From an uncultured archaeon (lineage in GTDB: Archaea > Nanobdellota > Nanobdellia > Pacearchaeales > GW2011-AR1), in contig CAIKWG010000045.1 of the NCBI GenBank assembly GCA_903831045.1, positions 3,088 to 67,087 on the forward strand: a DNA stretch of 64,000 nucleotides. The letters are read 5' to 3'. The translations under genes were made by a program, and so were the position numbers. Positions 46,084 through 55,250 of the stretch are shown in pieces; within the stretch, counting starts at the first letter, position 1; every line of letters starts with the position of its first letter. Below the pieces are notes generated by a model. That model ran no database searches. It was not told where the DNA came from and worked only from the letters and a program-made list of their open reading frames with translations.

Positions 46084-46713
46084 ATGACAGACCAATTTAA
46101 AAGACACATAGCATACAAGTTAAGAATAGGAGACATACTTCTAGGCAAGCCTATTTTCGATAATGATAAATTCATTAATCTAGAACTTGGAGATAAAAAA
46201 ATAGTAAGAGTGAATGTAATAGGGAATATTGTGGATAAATATGAAGCTGATGGAGATAAAAAGTATATCTTTTTCACATTGGATGACGGATCTGGTCAGA
46301 TAAAATTAAAGATATTTGGAGAAGAAGGATTGAAAAAATTCAAAGGTGTTCTGCAAGGTCAAACAGTTGCAGTAATTGGGACAATAAGAAGCTGGAATAA
46401 TGAAACCTACATTCAGCCAGAAATAATTAAAGAACAGGATTCAAGATATTTATTGGTGAGAAAGTTAGAAATAGAAAAACACAGAAAAGCTTCTGCTCCA
46501 AAAATAGAAGATAAGAAAGAAATAACTGCAATAAAAGATCAAATTTTAGAGAAAATTAAAAAAGCAGAAAATGATGGTGGAATTGACAAGGAAAAAATAA
46601 TTATGGATTTAAGAAATGTTTCTCCGGACATAATTAATCAAGAAATTCAAAAACTTCTAGAAGAAGGAATTATATTTGAACCACGACCAAGCAGACTGAG
46701 ATATTTAGGATAG
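46084..46713 (+). CDS. OB-fold protein, RPA-like single-stranded DNA-binding subunit (tentative)
   Basis: OB-like 'VRVNVIGNIVDKY...FFTLDDGSGQIKLKIFG...VAVIGTIRSWN' plus a C-terminal wHTH-like tail. Adjacent to mcm. Confidence 0.45.
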   Translation: MTDQFKRHIAYKLRIGDILLGKPIFDNDKFINLELGDKKIVRVNVIGNIVDKYEADGDKKYIFFTLDDGSGQIKLKIFGEEGLKKFKGVLQGQTVAVIGTIRSWNNETYIQPEIIKEQDSRYLLVRKLEIEKHRKASAPKIEDKKEITAIKDQILEKIKKAENDGGIDKEKIIMDLRNVSPDIINQEIQKLLEEGIIFEPRPSRLRYLG

Positions 46714-46715
46714 AA

Positions 46716-47054
46716 TTATTTTTTCTTTCTTAGCATTTTCCCAAACATTTTTTCATATTCCATCTGAATTTCTTCAAATTTTTCAAGATATTTATACTCA
46801 TTTGGAGCATCATAAGAATCAAAGTCCGTGTTAATTCTTAGAATTAAATCTTTTTTTCTAAAATAAGGAAAATGCTTCACACTTACTCCCTTCTTTTCAT
46901 AGAAAGTGAGATATTTAAAAGAATCAGAAAAAACTCTTTCAACCAGGTCCATAGTTTTACCTTCTTTTATTTTTATTTCCAACCTAACCTTTCTAAGCCA
47001 ATCTTGTATTTCTTCCTTTCTTTCTCTTTCTTCTTTAGTTAATATTTTCATCAT
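46716..47054 (-). CDS. Hypothetical protein
   Basis: 112-aa ORF. No motif. Confidence 0.3.
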   Translation of the reverse strand: MMKILTKEERERKEEIQDWLRKVRLEIKIKEGKTMDLVERVFSDSFKYLTFYEKKGVSVKHFPYFRKKDLILRINTDFDSYDAPNEYKYLEKFEEIQMEYEKMFGKMLRKKK

Positions 47055-47121
47055 AACTTTATCATAAAGATGGAGTTTAAATCAATTTCCATATTCAAAT
47101 CATAAATTTTCCTCTCAAAAA

Positions 47122-47130
47122 CCTTAAAAA
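47122..47130 (+). promoter_or_regulatory. TATA-like box upstream of aIF2-beta gene
   Basis: 'aaaaaCCTTAAAAAcccc' is centred about 26 nt upstream of the ATG at 47152. Confidence 0.4.
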
Positions 47131-47151
47131 CCCCTCTAAATTCTAGATTCT

Positions 47152-47562
47152 ATGGAAAACTACGAATCTTTGTTAAATGATGCCTATTCTAAAGTTAAGG
47201 TTGTTGAAGGTTCAGGAGAAAGATTTGAGATGCCCGCAGTTGAAGGATTTTTTGAAGGAAAAAAAACAATAATTACAAACTTCTTTCAAATTGTTGCTCA
47301 TCTGAGAAGAGATGCCGAACATTTACAAAAATTTCTATTGAAAGAACTTGCAACCCAAGGACAAATTGAGGGAGATAGATTAATTCTTAATAATAAAATA
47401 TCCAGTAAAAAGATAAACCCTAAGCTGGAACAATATGTAAATGAGTTTGTACTATGCCAAGAATGTAAAAAACCGGATACAAAAATTATTAAAGAAGGAA
47501 AATTAACATTAATTCACTGCTTAGCCTGTGGAGCAAAACACCCCATAAGGGGAAAAATATAA
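47152..47562 (+). CDS. eif2b: Translation initiation factor aIF2 subunit beta
   Basis: 'FEMPAVEGFFEGKKTIITNF' and the C-terminal zinc ribbon 'CQECKKPDT...CLACGA'. Confidence 0.85.
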   Translation: MENYESLLNDAYSKVKVVEGSGERFEMPAVEGFFEGKKTIITNFFQIVAHLRRDAEHLQKFLLKELATQGQIEGDRLILNNKISSKKINPKLEQYVNEFVLCQECKKPDTKIIKEGKLTLIHCLACGAKHPIRGKI

Positions 47563-47603
47563 ATTTAAAAAAAGAATTCACTTAATAAAAATATAAAAAC
47601 AAA

Positions 47604-47608
47604 GGAGG
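47604..47608 (+). promoter_or_regulatory. Shine-Dalgarno-like GGAGG
   Basis: GGAGG lies 9 nt upstream of the ATG at 47618. It is one of the few clear SD sites in the window. Confidence 0.4.
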
Positions 47609-47617
47609 ATAAAAAAA

Positions 47618-47812
47618 ATGGTTGAAGCTTATTGTGTAAAATGTAAGAAGAAAGGACAGAAAATGAAAGATGCACAAATGACTCAGACTGCAAGAGGCGG
47701 ATTCATGGCTAAAGGAAAATGCCCTGTTTGTGGAACTGTAATGTGTGCAATGATGTCCAAAGACAATGCTGAAAAGGCAATGAAAAGCGGCGAAGCTAAA
47801 AAAGCTTTTTAA
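47618..47812 (+). CDS. Small zinc-ribbon protein
   Basis: 'CVKCKKK...CPVCG' four-Cys ribbon; 64 aa, basic. Confidence 0.45.
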   Translation: MVEAYCVKCKKKGQKMKDAQMTQTARGGFMAKGKCPVCGTVMCAMMSKDNAEKAMKSGEAKKAF

Positions 47813-47843
47813 GCAAAAATAATTTTTTTAATTTTATTTTAAA

Positions 47844-48140
47844 ATGTTTGTGAAAGTAATGAACTCCTATAGAACAATAGTCGCAGCATGCGATAAAGAA
47901 TTAATTGGAAAAATGTTTGAAGAAGGAAAACTACAATTAAATCTTAAAGAATCATTCTATCAAGGAGAAGAACTTGAAAAAAAAGAAATGGTAGACCTTC
48001 TAAAAGACTATGCTCAAGAAGATGCTACATTTAATCTAGTTGGAAAAAAAGTAATTAATTGCGCCTTGAAAGCAGGTGTGATTAAAGAAGAAAACGTTGG
48101 AACAATTCAAAATATTCCCTATGCATTAATATTATTATAG
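47844..48140 (+). CDS. DUF424-family conserved archaeal protein
   Basis: 'IVAACDKELIGKMFEEGKLQLNL...FYQGEE' matches the pattern I recall for DUF424. Confidence 0.5.
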   Translation: MFVKVMNSYRTIVAACDKELIGKMFEEGKLQLNLKESFYQGEELEKKEMVDLLKDYAQEDATFNLVGKKVINCALKAGVIKEENVGTIQNIPYALILL

Positions 48141-48332
48141 AAATGGTTTTTCCTCAATAAGAGTAGTATACCCTCTTAGAGTGTAATAGAGTTTAGTTAA
48201 TCTAGAAAAGAAGAGATTAGGATAAATATGAACCATTTTGTTTTCTTTATCGATATTTAATTCAGGACCAACTGACTTCCAAATAGCAATAAATTCTTCA
48301 TCCATTACCTTTGAAATATCTTCTAACTTCAT
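48135..48332 (-). CDS. Hypothetical small protein
   Basis: 65-aa ORF. Weak support. Confidence 0.25.
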   Translation of the reverse strand: MKLEDISKVMDEEFIAIWKSVGPELNIDKENKMVHIYPNLFFSRLTKLYYTLRGYTTLIEEKPFL

Positions 48333-48412
48333 TCCAGCTAAAAATATTAAGTATTTATATTAATTATTATACTCAGCAATAATCTTATAAACTGCAATTT
48401 CTCTCTATAATT

Positions 48413-48730
48413 ATGTCACACGAAGAAGAAACAAATGAACCAATAATTCAAAGAGCTCCACTTCCAAGAGGAGAAGAAATTATTGGAGTGATCGAACAAA
48501 GACACGGTGGAAACAAAATGAAAGTAAATTGCCGTGATGGAAAAGATAGAGTTTGTAGAGTTCCTGGAAGACTAAAAAGAGCCCTCTGGCTAAGACCTGG
48601 AGATGTAGTAATAGTTGAACCCTGGGAACTTGACAAAGATAAGGGAGATGTAATTCTAAAATACAAACCTGCTCAGATTAATTGGCTAAAGCAAAATGGC
48701 TATCTAGAAACAGAAAGTGAAGAGTTCTAA
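48413..48730 (+). CDS. eif1a: Translation initiation factor aIF1A
   Basis: S1-like OB 'GEEIIGVIEQRHGGNKMKVNCRDGKDRVCRVPGRLKRALWLRPGDVVIVEPW'. Confidence 0.9.
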   Translation: MSHEEETNEPIIQRAPLPRGEEIIGVIEQRHGGNKMKVNCRDGKDRVCRVPGRLKRALWLRPGDVVIVEPWELDKDKGDVILKYKPAQINWLKQNGYLETESEEF

Positions 48731-48732
48731 AA

Positions 48733-49263
48733 ATGAAAACAATAATATCAGAAAAATTTCTACGAGTAATTAAAAATAAGAAGAAACTGGAAAAAGTTCT
48801 AAATGTGCAGATTTCAAATCGAGGAAAAGAAATTACAATTGAAGGAGAACCCGCAGAAGAACATGTTGCACTTCAAGTTCTAGATGCATTAAGTTTTGGA
48901 TTTCCATTTTCAACAGCAATTTCAATAAAAGAAGAAGATAAAGTTCTGGAAGTAGTAAATATAAAAGAGCATACCAACAGAAAAGATTTTGCAAGCATAC
49001 GAGCAAGAATAATCGGAAAAGAAGGAAAAGCTCTGAGAACTCTCTCTAATCTTACTGGATGCGATTTAGAATTAAGAAATAATCAGGTGGGAATCATTGG
49101 TGAATCCACCCTAATGAAACATGCAAAAGACGCACTAATATCCTTAATTCGAGGAGCAAAACACGGAAATGTTTATACTTTTTTAGAAAGAACTCCAATT
49201 GCATCAGATGAAGATTTGGGATTAAAAGAAAAGCCCAAGAAGAAGGCAAAAAAAGCAGAATAA
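48733..49263 (+). CDS. KH-domain RNA-binding protein (Dim2/Pno1-like)
   Basis: Two KH-like modules ('ARIIGKEGKALRTL'). The position immediately after aIF1A is conserved in archaea. Confidence 0.6.
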   Translation: MKTIISEKFLRVIKNKKKLEKVLNVQISNRGKEITIEGEPAEEHVALQVLDALSFGFPFSTAISIKEEDKVLEVVNIKEHTNRKDFASIRARIIGKEGKALRTLSNLTGCDLELRNNQVGIIGESTLMKHAKDALISLIRGAKHGNVYTFLERTPIASDEDLGLKEKPKKKAKKAE

Positions 49264-49268
49264 AAACC

Positions 49269-49276
49269 TTTAAATA
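49269..49276 (+). promoter_or_regulatory. TATA-like box upstream of tRNA-Asn
   Basis: 'aaaaaccTTTAAATAac' is centred about 30 nt upstream of tRNA position 1. Confidence 0.4.
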
Positions 49277-49301
49277 ACAAAATTCTCTAAAAATTCTATA
49301 T

Positions 49302-49419
49302 GCCCTGATAGCTCAGTTGGTTAGAGCGAACGGCTGTTAAGTCAGAGAAAAACTGACTCACAAGAAATTGTGATTTCGCAGCAACCGTTAGGTCGTAGGT
49401 TCGAGTCCTACTCGGGGCG
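49302..49419 (+). tRNA. tRNA-Asn (anticodon GUU) with 44-nt intron at canonical 37/38 position
   Basis: Exon 1 is 49302-49339 (GCCCTGA TA GCTC AGTTGGTTA GAGC G AACGG CTGTTA). The intron is 49340-49383. Exon 2 is 49384-49419 (A CCGTT AGGTC GTAGG TTCGAGT CCTAC TCGGGGC G). Confidence 0.85.
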
Positions 49420-49467
49420 TTATTTCTTTCCCATTAAACTTAAAATCTCGCTTTACTATTTATTTTA

Positions 49468-50595
49468 ATGCACTTGTTCAAAAAACCAAAAGTACTTCTG
49501 GCAATGTCCGGAGGAGTCGATTCTTCTGTAGCAGCGCTCCTTTTGAAAAGAAAAGGCTATGACGTTTATGGGACATTTATGAAAAACTGGTCTGATACAA
49601 AAAACAAGATTACTGGTCAGTGCGCCTGGGTTGAAGAAAGAGATCATGCCATAAAGATTGCAACGAGATTAGAAATTCCATTAATTACTCTTGATTTTGA
49701 AAAAGAATACAAAAAAGAAGTTGTAGATGAAATGTTCAAAAAATATAAAGCAGGTATAACCCCTAACCCAGATATTGACTGCAATAAAAAAATAAAATTT
49801 CCTCTGCTTCTAAAAGAAGCTCAAAAAAGAGGAATTAATCTAATCGCCACCGGACATTATTCTAGAATAAAAAAAAGAAAAGGAAAATGCGAACTCCACA
49901 GAGCAAAAGATGAATCCAAAGATCAATCATATTTTCTATATGCTCAAAATCAAAATGAACTTTCACATACTTTATTCCCGATAGGCAACCTAACAAAGAA
50001 GAAAGTAAGAAAAATTGCAGAGAGAAATAAATTTCAAAACTTTGACAAAAAAGGAACAGTAGGAATTTGTTTCATTGGAAAAATAAACCTAAAAGATTTC
50101 CTGTCCAAAAGAATAAAATCAAAAAAAGGAAAGATTCTTGACCCCCAAGGAAAAATAATCGGAGAGCATGACGGAGTTTATTATTATACAATTGGGCAAA
50201 GGCTAGGTCCAAGATACGGATTTGAATTAGAAAGAAAAAATGAAAAAACCGGAAGAATGGAAAGATGGTATGTTGCAAAAAAAGACGTTAAGAAGAATAT
50301 AATAATCGCAGCTCCAGAAGGACATCCACTTTTAGAAAAAGACAAAATAATTGTAAAAGAATTCCATTTAATATCCGAAGATGAAAAAACATTTCTAAGA
50401 GATATTTCAAAAAATCCAAAACAAATATGCTCAAGAATTAGGCAGGTTGGAGAATTAATCCCAAGCGTAATATCCTATAAAAATAAAAAGATAATTGTAA
50501 CATTAGATAAACCAATCACTGGAATTTCCGAAGGTCAAGCAATTGTAATCTACCAAAAAACAAAATGCCTTGGTGGAGGGGTTATTAGTTTCTAA
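49468..50595 (+). CDS. mnmA: tRNA-specific 2-thiouridylase MnmA (bacterial-type)
   Basis: PP-loop 'AMSGGVDSSVAA', 'ATGHYSR' and 'KDQSYFLY'; 375 aa. Confidence 0.8.
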   Translation: MHLFKKPKVLLAMSGGVDSSVAALLLKRKGYDVYGTFMKNWSDTKNKITGQCAWVEERDHAIKIATRLEIPLITLDFEKEYKKEVVDEMFKKYKAGITPNPDIDCNKKIKFPLLLKEAQKRGINLIATGHYSRIKKRKGKCELHRAKDESKDQSYFLYAQNQNELSHTLFPIGNLTKKKVRKIAERNKFQNFDKKGTVGICFIGKINLKDFLSKRIKSKKGKILDPQGKIIGEHDGVYYYTIGQRLGPRYGFELERKNEKTGRMERWYVAKKDVKKNIIIAAPEGHPLLEKDKIIVKEFHLISEDEKTFLRDISKNPKQICSRIRQVGELIPSVISYKNKKIIVTLDKPITGISEGQAIVIYQKTKCLGGGVISF

Positions 50596-51797
50596 ATCTC
50601 ATTAATCAAACAATGAATATTACCCTGTTTAATCCAAGAATCATTTTCCACAGGAATAACTTCTAATCCACAACTCTGAAAAAATTCCTTGGCTTGTTTA
50701 TTTCTAAAATAATTAATATCGTAAATGCTATTAGAGTTTGGAAATATGGGCATGAGAATTTTTTTCTTTCCTTCATTCATAAACAATCTTGAATTTATAT
50801 AAGATTGATAATTTAAAATTTGCCAATAGCTTGCTGGCAAAGAAAAAGTTTCATAACCCAATTTATTAAATTTATTTTTTATTTCATTAAGCATTTTTTT
50901 AGAATAATTCAATGATTTCTCCAAAAGATTGGAAACCAATTCTCCATTGGCTCCATAGGAAGAATAATTAAGATAAAACTCTTTTTCAAAAATAGATAAA
51001 TCCCCTTCTGATTCGTTATAAAAATCTTTAATAGAATATTTATCTAAATTTAAAATTGCTACCTTACCAGAATCAACAAAGGTAAAACATTGATCTAGAT
51101 GAAAAAGAGGGGTTTCGTTAGAATCATAATTAAAAAAAACAACACTATCTGCTCCAAACTCTTTTTTGTAGTTCATAATCTTTTCATTTTTATTTAGATT
51201 ACGAAAGTTAGAGAATTTATCCCCCACAAAAAGAATATTTTTTCCCCTGAAAGAATCATAGGTCACACTACCTCCTTCAAAATTATTAAGAGAAATGATA
51301 TAATCTTCATAATCTTGTTCAAGCAAATTAATAAAAGAACTATATGAGTTTACAGAAGAAGAACTGTTCATAGAAAAATAATTAGGAAGAATAACCCTCT
51401 CATTTTTGTCCGTTACCAAAAATTCAAACAAATCCTGAGCCCAAGCCTGTCTAATCCTTCCTTCAGATTTATAATAAATAGGGTTTATTTTATTCCCTTC
51501 AACTGGAAGAGTTTTTGAAAAAGATTCGAATTCTTTTTTATAACTTTCTGCAACTAAAAAATCTACATCTGAATATTTTAACACTTCTTTTATGAGATTA
51601 GCCTGATATTTAATCTCTGGTTGAAATTTCATAAAAACATTTCTTAATTCTCTTTTATATTCTGGAATAAAATTTTCAACGTGAGATATAGGAAAGTCCA
51701 GATAATTCTTTTTATCTAGTTTATCCCCCCCAATAAAAGGCATAGCAATCAAAGAAGAAAATAAAACTCCTCTAGCAAATTTTTGAATTAAGCTCAT
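50592..51797 (-). CDS. Guanidino-group-modifying-enzyme superfamily protein (agmatine/arginine deiminase-like), N-terminal hydrophobic segment
   Basis: C-terminal 'GNIHCLINEI' (catalytic Cys context) and 'HLDQCF'. N-terminal 'GVLFSSLIAMPFIGG'. Tentative. Confidence 0.4.
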   Translation of the reverse strand: MSLIQKFARGVLFSSLIAMPFIGGDKLDKKNYLDFPISHVENFIPEYKRELRNVFMKFQPEIKYQANLIKEVLKYSDVDFLVAESYKKEFESFSKTLPVEGNKINPIYYKSEGRIRQAWAQDLFEFLVTDKNERVILPNYFSMNSSSSVNSYSSFINLLEQDYEDYIISLNNFEGGSVTYDSFRGKNILFVGDKFSNFRNLNKNEKIMNYKKEFGADSVVFFNYDSNETPLFHLDQCFTFVDSGKVAILNLDKYSIKDFYNESEGDLSIFEKEFYLNYSSYGANGELVSNLLEKSLNYSKKMLNEIKNKFNKLGYETFSLPASYWQILNYQSYINSRLFMNEGKKKILMPIFPNSNSIYDINYFRNKQAKEFFQSCGLEVIPVENDSWIKQGNIHCLINEI

Positions 51798-51829
51798 AAT
51801 TTCGCAAGATAAAGATATTATTTAAAGAT

Positions 51830-52393
51830 TTATTTACCAAAAATTTCTTTTCCTGCATCAAGCATAGTGGAATAAATATATCTTCTATAATAAGGGTATT
51901 GTTCTTTTAATCCTTCAACTCCAAAATTAAAGATTTCATTCAAAGCTATCCCAACCGCAGGAGAACGATTTTGCCCTTTTTTGCAATGTATCAAAACAGC
52001 CTCAGCCCCCTTACTAAGATTATCAAAATCATTAATTATTTTGATAGCATCAGACTTTTCAAAAAGAATCACTCTATCATAAGCGTGCCCTCTTGATTCT
52101 AGCAATCCTAATAAACTTTGTTTTGTCATCAGAGGATATTTTTTTGAAAGATTCTCCCAACTATCAGCTAAAGTTCCATTAAAATAAGAATCATTTAAAT
52201 CAACCCAAGAATATTCTTTCCATTCTCTAGGCCAAATATCATCAAAACAATAAGTTTTAATTTGCATCCAGTTATCACTTTCCCTGAGATTATCAAATCC
52301 ATAATCCCAACTACCTTCCAGTCTTATTGCATAGGTTTTCTTGTTAGGAATATGTTTCATAGCTTCTTCAAGAGATTTAATTAGGAGCTCCAT
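51830..52393 (-). CDS. Cys-based phosphatase (PTP/DSP-like)
   Basis: CX5R signature 'HCKKGQNRS'. Confidence 0.55.
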   Translation of the reverse strand: MELLIKSLEEAMKHIPNKKTYAIRLEGSWDYGFDNLRESDNWMQIKTYCFDDIWPREWKEYSWVDLNDSYFNGTLADSWENLSKKYPLMTKQSLLGLLESRGHAYDRVILFEKSDAIKIINDFDNLSKGAEAVLIHCKKGQNRSPAVGIALNEIFNFGVEGLKEQYPYYRRYIYSTMLDAGKEIFGK

Positions 52394-52470
52394 AAAAAAA
52401 TCAATAAATTATAGTTCTTAAATTCTATGATAAAAACAAATCTTAAAAACCCACCTTACCTTATTATTTA

Positions 52471-53037
52471 ATGAAATTAGATGAAGCAATTCAATCGCGA
52501 AGAAGCATTAGAAAATTCAAAGAAAAGAGACCAGACTGGAGAGATATTATGGAAGCTCTTGATGCAACTCGGTATGCCCCAATGTCCGGAGACATCTTTT
52601 CCTTAAAATTTATTTACATAGACAACGAAAAAACAATTTCTGAAATTGCAAAATGGTCTGGGCAAGATTTTATTGCTCAAGCAAAATGTGTAGTTGTTTT
52701 TATTAGAACTCCAACAAAAACAAAATTGAGTTTTAAGGATAGAGCAGAATTGTATCTCCCACAACAAGCAGGTGCTGCAATACAAAATTTTCTATTAAAA
52801 TTAGAAGAAAAAGGTCTTTCAACCTGCTGGATTGGACATTTTGATAACGAAAAAATAAAACATCTACTAAAGATACCAAAAGACAAAGAAGTTGAAGCTT
52901 TATTCCCAATTGGATATGCAAAAGAAAAACCTTCAACACGAAGAGCCAGAAGAGATTTTTATGAAATGATGTTCTTCAATGAATGGGGTAATGAACAATT
53001 CGGAGAAGTTAAATCCAAAAGAACTTTGGAAGTTTAA
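52471..53037 (+). CDS. Nitroreductase-family flavoprotein
   Basis: 'RRSIRKF' N-terminal signature; 188 aa. Confidence 0.75.
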   Translation: MKLDEAIQSRRSIRKFKEKRPDWRDIMEALDATRYAPMSGDIFSLKFIYIDNEKTISEIAKWSGQDFIAQAKCVVVFIRTPTKTKLSFKDRAELYLPQQAGAAIQNFLLKLEEKGLSTCWIGHFDNEKIKHLLKIPKDKEVEALFPIGYAKEKPSTRRARRDFYEMMFFNEWGNEQFGEVKSKRTLEV

Positions 53038-53126
53038 ACTCTAAAATAAATTTCTATTAAATTTATAAAAGAATAATCTAGATTATAGCATCTATGCAAT
53101 TCTAAAAAATATTATAAAAAAAAGAA

Positions 53127-53150
53127 GCCCGAAACCCCCTAGTTCCGGGC
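53127..53150. terminator. GC-rich hairpin between convergent genes
   Basis: GCCCG (53127-53131) pairs with CGGGC (53146-53150) in an otherwise AT-rich gap between the nitroreductase and ftsZ 3' ends. Confidence 0.25.
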
Positions 53151-53190
53151 GATCTAATATAAAAACAAAATCAATCTTTATTAATCTTAC

Positions 53191-54279
53191 TTATAGAATA
53201 TCGATTCCTAGATCTGACATTTCCCTTGAAATTGACATGCCTCCTCTCGAAGTTCCTTCGTCAAAGTCCTTTCCAAGCACGTATGGTGATTTAACACCAG
53301 TCATGATTGTAATTACTCTTATTTTTCCAACGAAGTCCTTTGAGATTCTTGCACCAATAATAACGTTAGCTTCAGCGTTAAGGTTTTCAGAAACTGTTCT
53401 ACCAATTACATCGAATTCTTCTAATTTTAAATCAGGTCCACAAGTAATATGTATCAAAGCACCAGTAGCACCTTTGTAATCCACGTCAAGTAGAGGATGT
53501 GTAAGTGCTTGTCTAACTGCTTCGTGTACTCTATCTGTAGCATCTGATTCACCAATACCAATAACTGCAACTCCTCCACCTTTCATGATAGAAGATACAT
53601 CAGCATAGTCTAGGTTAATCAAAGAAGGCAAAGTAATAGTCTCAACAATACCCTTTACCATTGTACTAACCAATTCGTTAGCAACTGCGAAAGCTTGTTC
53701 TAAAGGAAGTTGTCCTGCAATATCTACAAGTCTATTATTATCTAAAACAATACATGTGTCTGTAGCTTCTCTCAACTCAGCTAAACCAAATTCAGCTTTG
53801 TCGATTCTTGCTTTTTCTGATTCGAAAGGCATTGTAACAACACCGATAACAACTGCACCAGTTTCTTTAGCCAATTGAGCTATAACTGAAGCTGCACCAG
53901 TACCTGTTCCACCACCCATACCTGCTAAAACAAAAACCATATCAGCACCACCAACTGCTTTTTTCAAATCAACTAAAGCTTCTTTAGCTGCTTCTCTACC
54001 CTTCATTGGTTTACCACCAGCACCAAGACCCCTAGTCAATTCCTTACCAATAAGGATTTTCTCATCAGCCTTAGTTACACTTAAATGAAGAGCATCAGTG
54101 TTTGCACCGTAAACAGTAGCACCGTTGATACCTTTGTTAAATAACCAGGTAACCATATTACATCCACATCCACCCACACCAATAACTTTAATGTTAGCTT
54201 TACCAGCTCTTAATTCATCAAAATTAATACTATGAGTTTCAGAATTTTGTATTGCTTCTTTAGCAAAACTTAATACCAT
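53191..54279 (-). CDS. ftsZ: Cell division GTPase FtsZ
   Basis: Tubulin signature 'GGGTGTGAA', then 'NTDALHL' and 'IKVIGVGGCGCN'. Confidence 0.95.
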   Translation of the reverse strand: MVLSFAKEAIQNSETHSINFDELRAGKANIKVIGVGGCGCNMVTWLFNKGINGATVYGANTDALHLSVTKADEKILIGKELTRGLGAGGKPMKGREAAKEALVDLKKAVGGADMVFVLAGMGGGTGTGAASVIAQLAKETGAVVIGVVTMPFESEKARIDKAEFGLAELREATDTCIVLDNNRLVDIAGQLPLEQAFAVANELVSTMVKGIVETITLPSLINLDYADVSSIMKGGGVAVIGIGESDATDRVHEAVRQALTHPLLDVDYKGATGALIHITCGPDLKLEEFDVIGRTVSENLNAEANVIIGARISKDFVGKIRVITIMTGVKSPYVLGKDFDEGTSRGGMSISREMSDLGIDIL

Positions 54280-54449
54280 TTTTTATTCCTCCTTTGTACA
54301 TTTTTTGTTTTTTCACTATGTGAAATCCCCTATTTATAGAAAATAAATTCTCAACTATTTAAATACATTTAGTTTATTTAGTAAATATTTCGCTAAAAAC
54401 TAACTTTTTAAGGAAAATGTCTAAAAAAATTTAAATACTAGCAAAATAT

Positions 54450-55250
54450 ATGAATTTTATGGAAAAGAGGTTTGTAGCTTTAGAAATAGGAATTCTTATG
54501 CTTTCTCTTTTATCCGTTTCTATATTTGTTTTAGCAGATTCGAAACCAAAAACAATTACAGGCCATAGTTTCTTTGATGTCTATAACCAACCAGGTGAAT
54601 TTTTATTTGAAAACAGCTGCTCTAGTCAAGGTGGAATCTGCACGGCTAAGAATCTCTTTGGAGGCTATTCTTGTGGTACATCAAGAATGAAGTCTACACT
54701 TTATTCCTGCCCAATCGGTCAAGGTTGCTGCTTATCAAAAGAAGTAGAATCCCAACCAGAAAATACAATTCCTGATTTAGAGCAATTCGAAACCATTCCA
54801 GAGATAGTTAATCAGGATAGAAATGTTACAAGAAATATCACCAATGGTTCCTATAAAGGAATTCTTGGAGAAGCCTATGCAGAAAGTTCTCCAGAAACAA
54901 ATGTATTTGCAGGCTATGAAGTTCAATATGATGATGCAGGAGTTTTAATCTATGAACTAACTAGTGCAAAAACAATCCTTGCTGTTGGAGTTGATACGAT
55001 AATTAACCAAACAGATAACACAATTACAATTTCTACTCCCGCATCAGCAGATGTTAAAAAATTGGATTGCAAATGTAAATCTCAAGCAAAAGCTACATGC
55101 AGCCCAACTTCAAATGGATGTCAAGTAGATAAGATGAAGACTGGTCCTTATTATGGATGTTCTGGCCTTTGCAGGGGAGAAGGCTGCCAAGGAGGATGTG
55201 CTTTTTATGATAAATCCGGTAAAGAAGTTGGAGATCTAGCGCATCAATAA
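54450..55250 (+). CDS. Secreted Cys-rich hypothetical protein
   Basis: N-terminal TM/signal 'ALEIGILMLSLLSVSIFVLA' and Cys clusters at both ends ('CSSQGGICT', 'CSGLCRGEGCQGGC'). Confidence 0.4.
   Translation: MNFMEKRFVALEIGILMLSLLSVSIFVLADSKPKTITGHSFFDVYNQPGEFLFENSCSSQGGICTAKNLFGGYSCGTSRMKSTLYSCPIGQGCCLSKEVESQPENTIPDLEQFETIPEIVNQDRNVTRNITNGSYKGILGEAYAESSPETNVFAGYEVQYDDAGVLIYELTSAKTILAVGVDTIINQTDNTITISTPASADVKKLDCKCKSQAKATCSPTSNGCQVDKMKTGPYYGCSGLCRGEGCQGGCAFYDKSGKEVGDLAHQ

Noticed and set aside
46056-46277. Minus-strand 73-aa ORF overlapping the start of the OB-fold gene
   Set aside because: It overlaps a better-supported plus-strand gene with an OB-fold pattern adjacent to mcm, and it has no motif.
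53191-54279. ftsZ looks visibly less AT-rich than its surroundings, which could suggest a horizontally transferred segment
   Set aside because: The gene is a highly conserved, Gly/Ala/Val-rich and probably highly expressed core gene. Amino-acid composition explains the shift, and the flanks show no mobility signatures.
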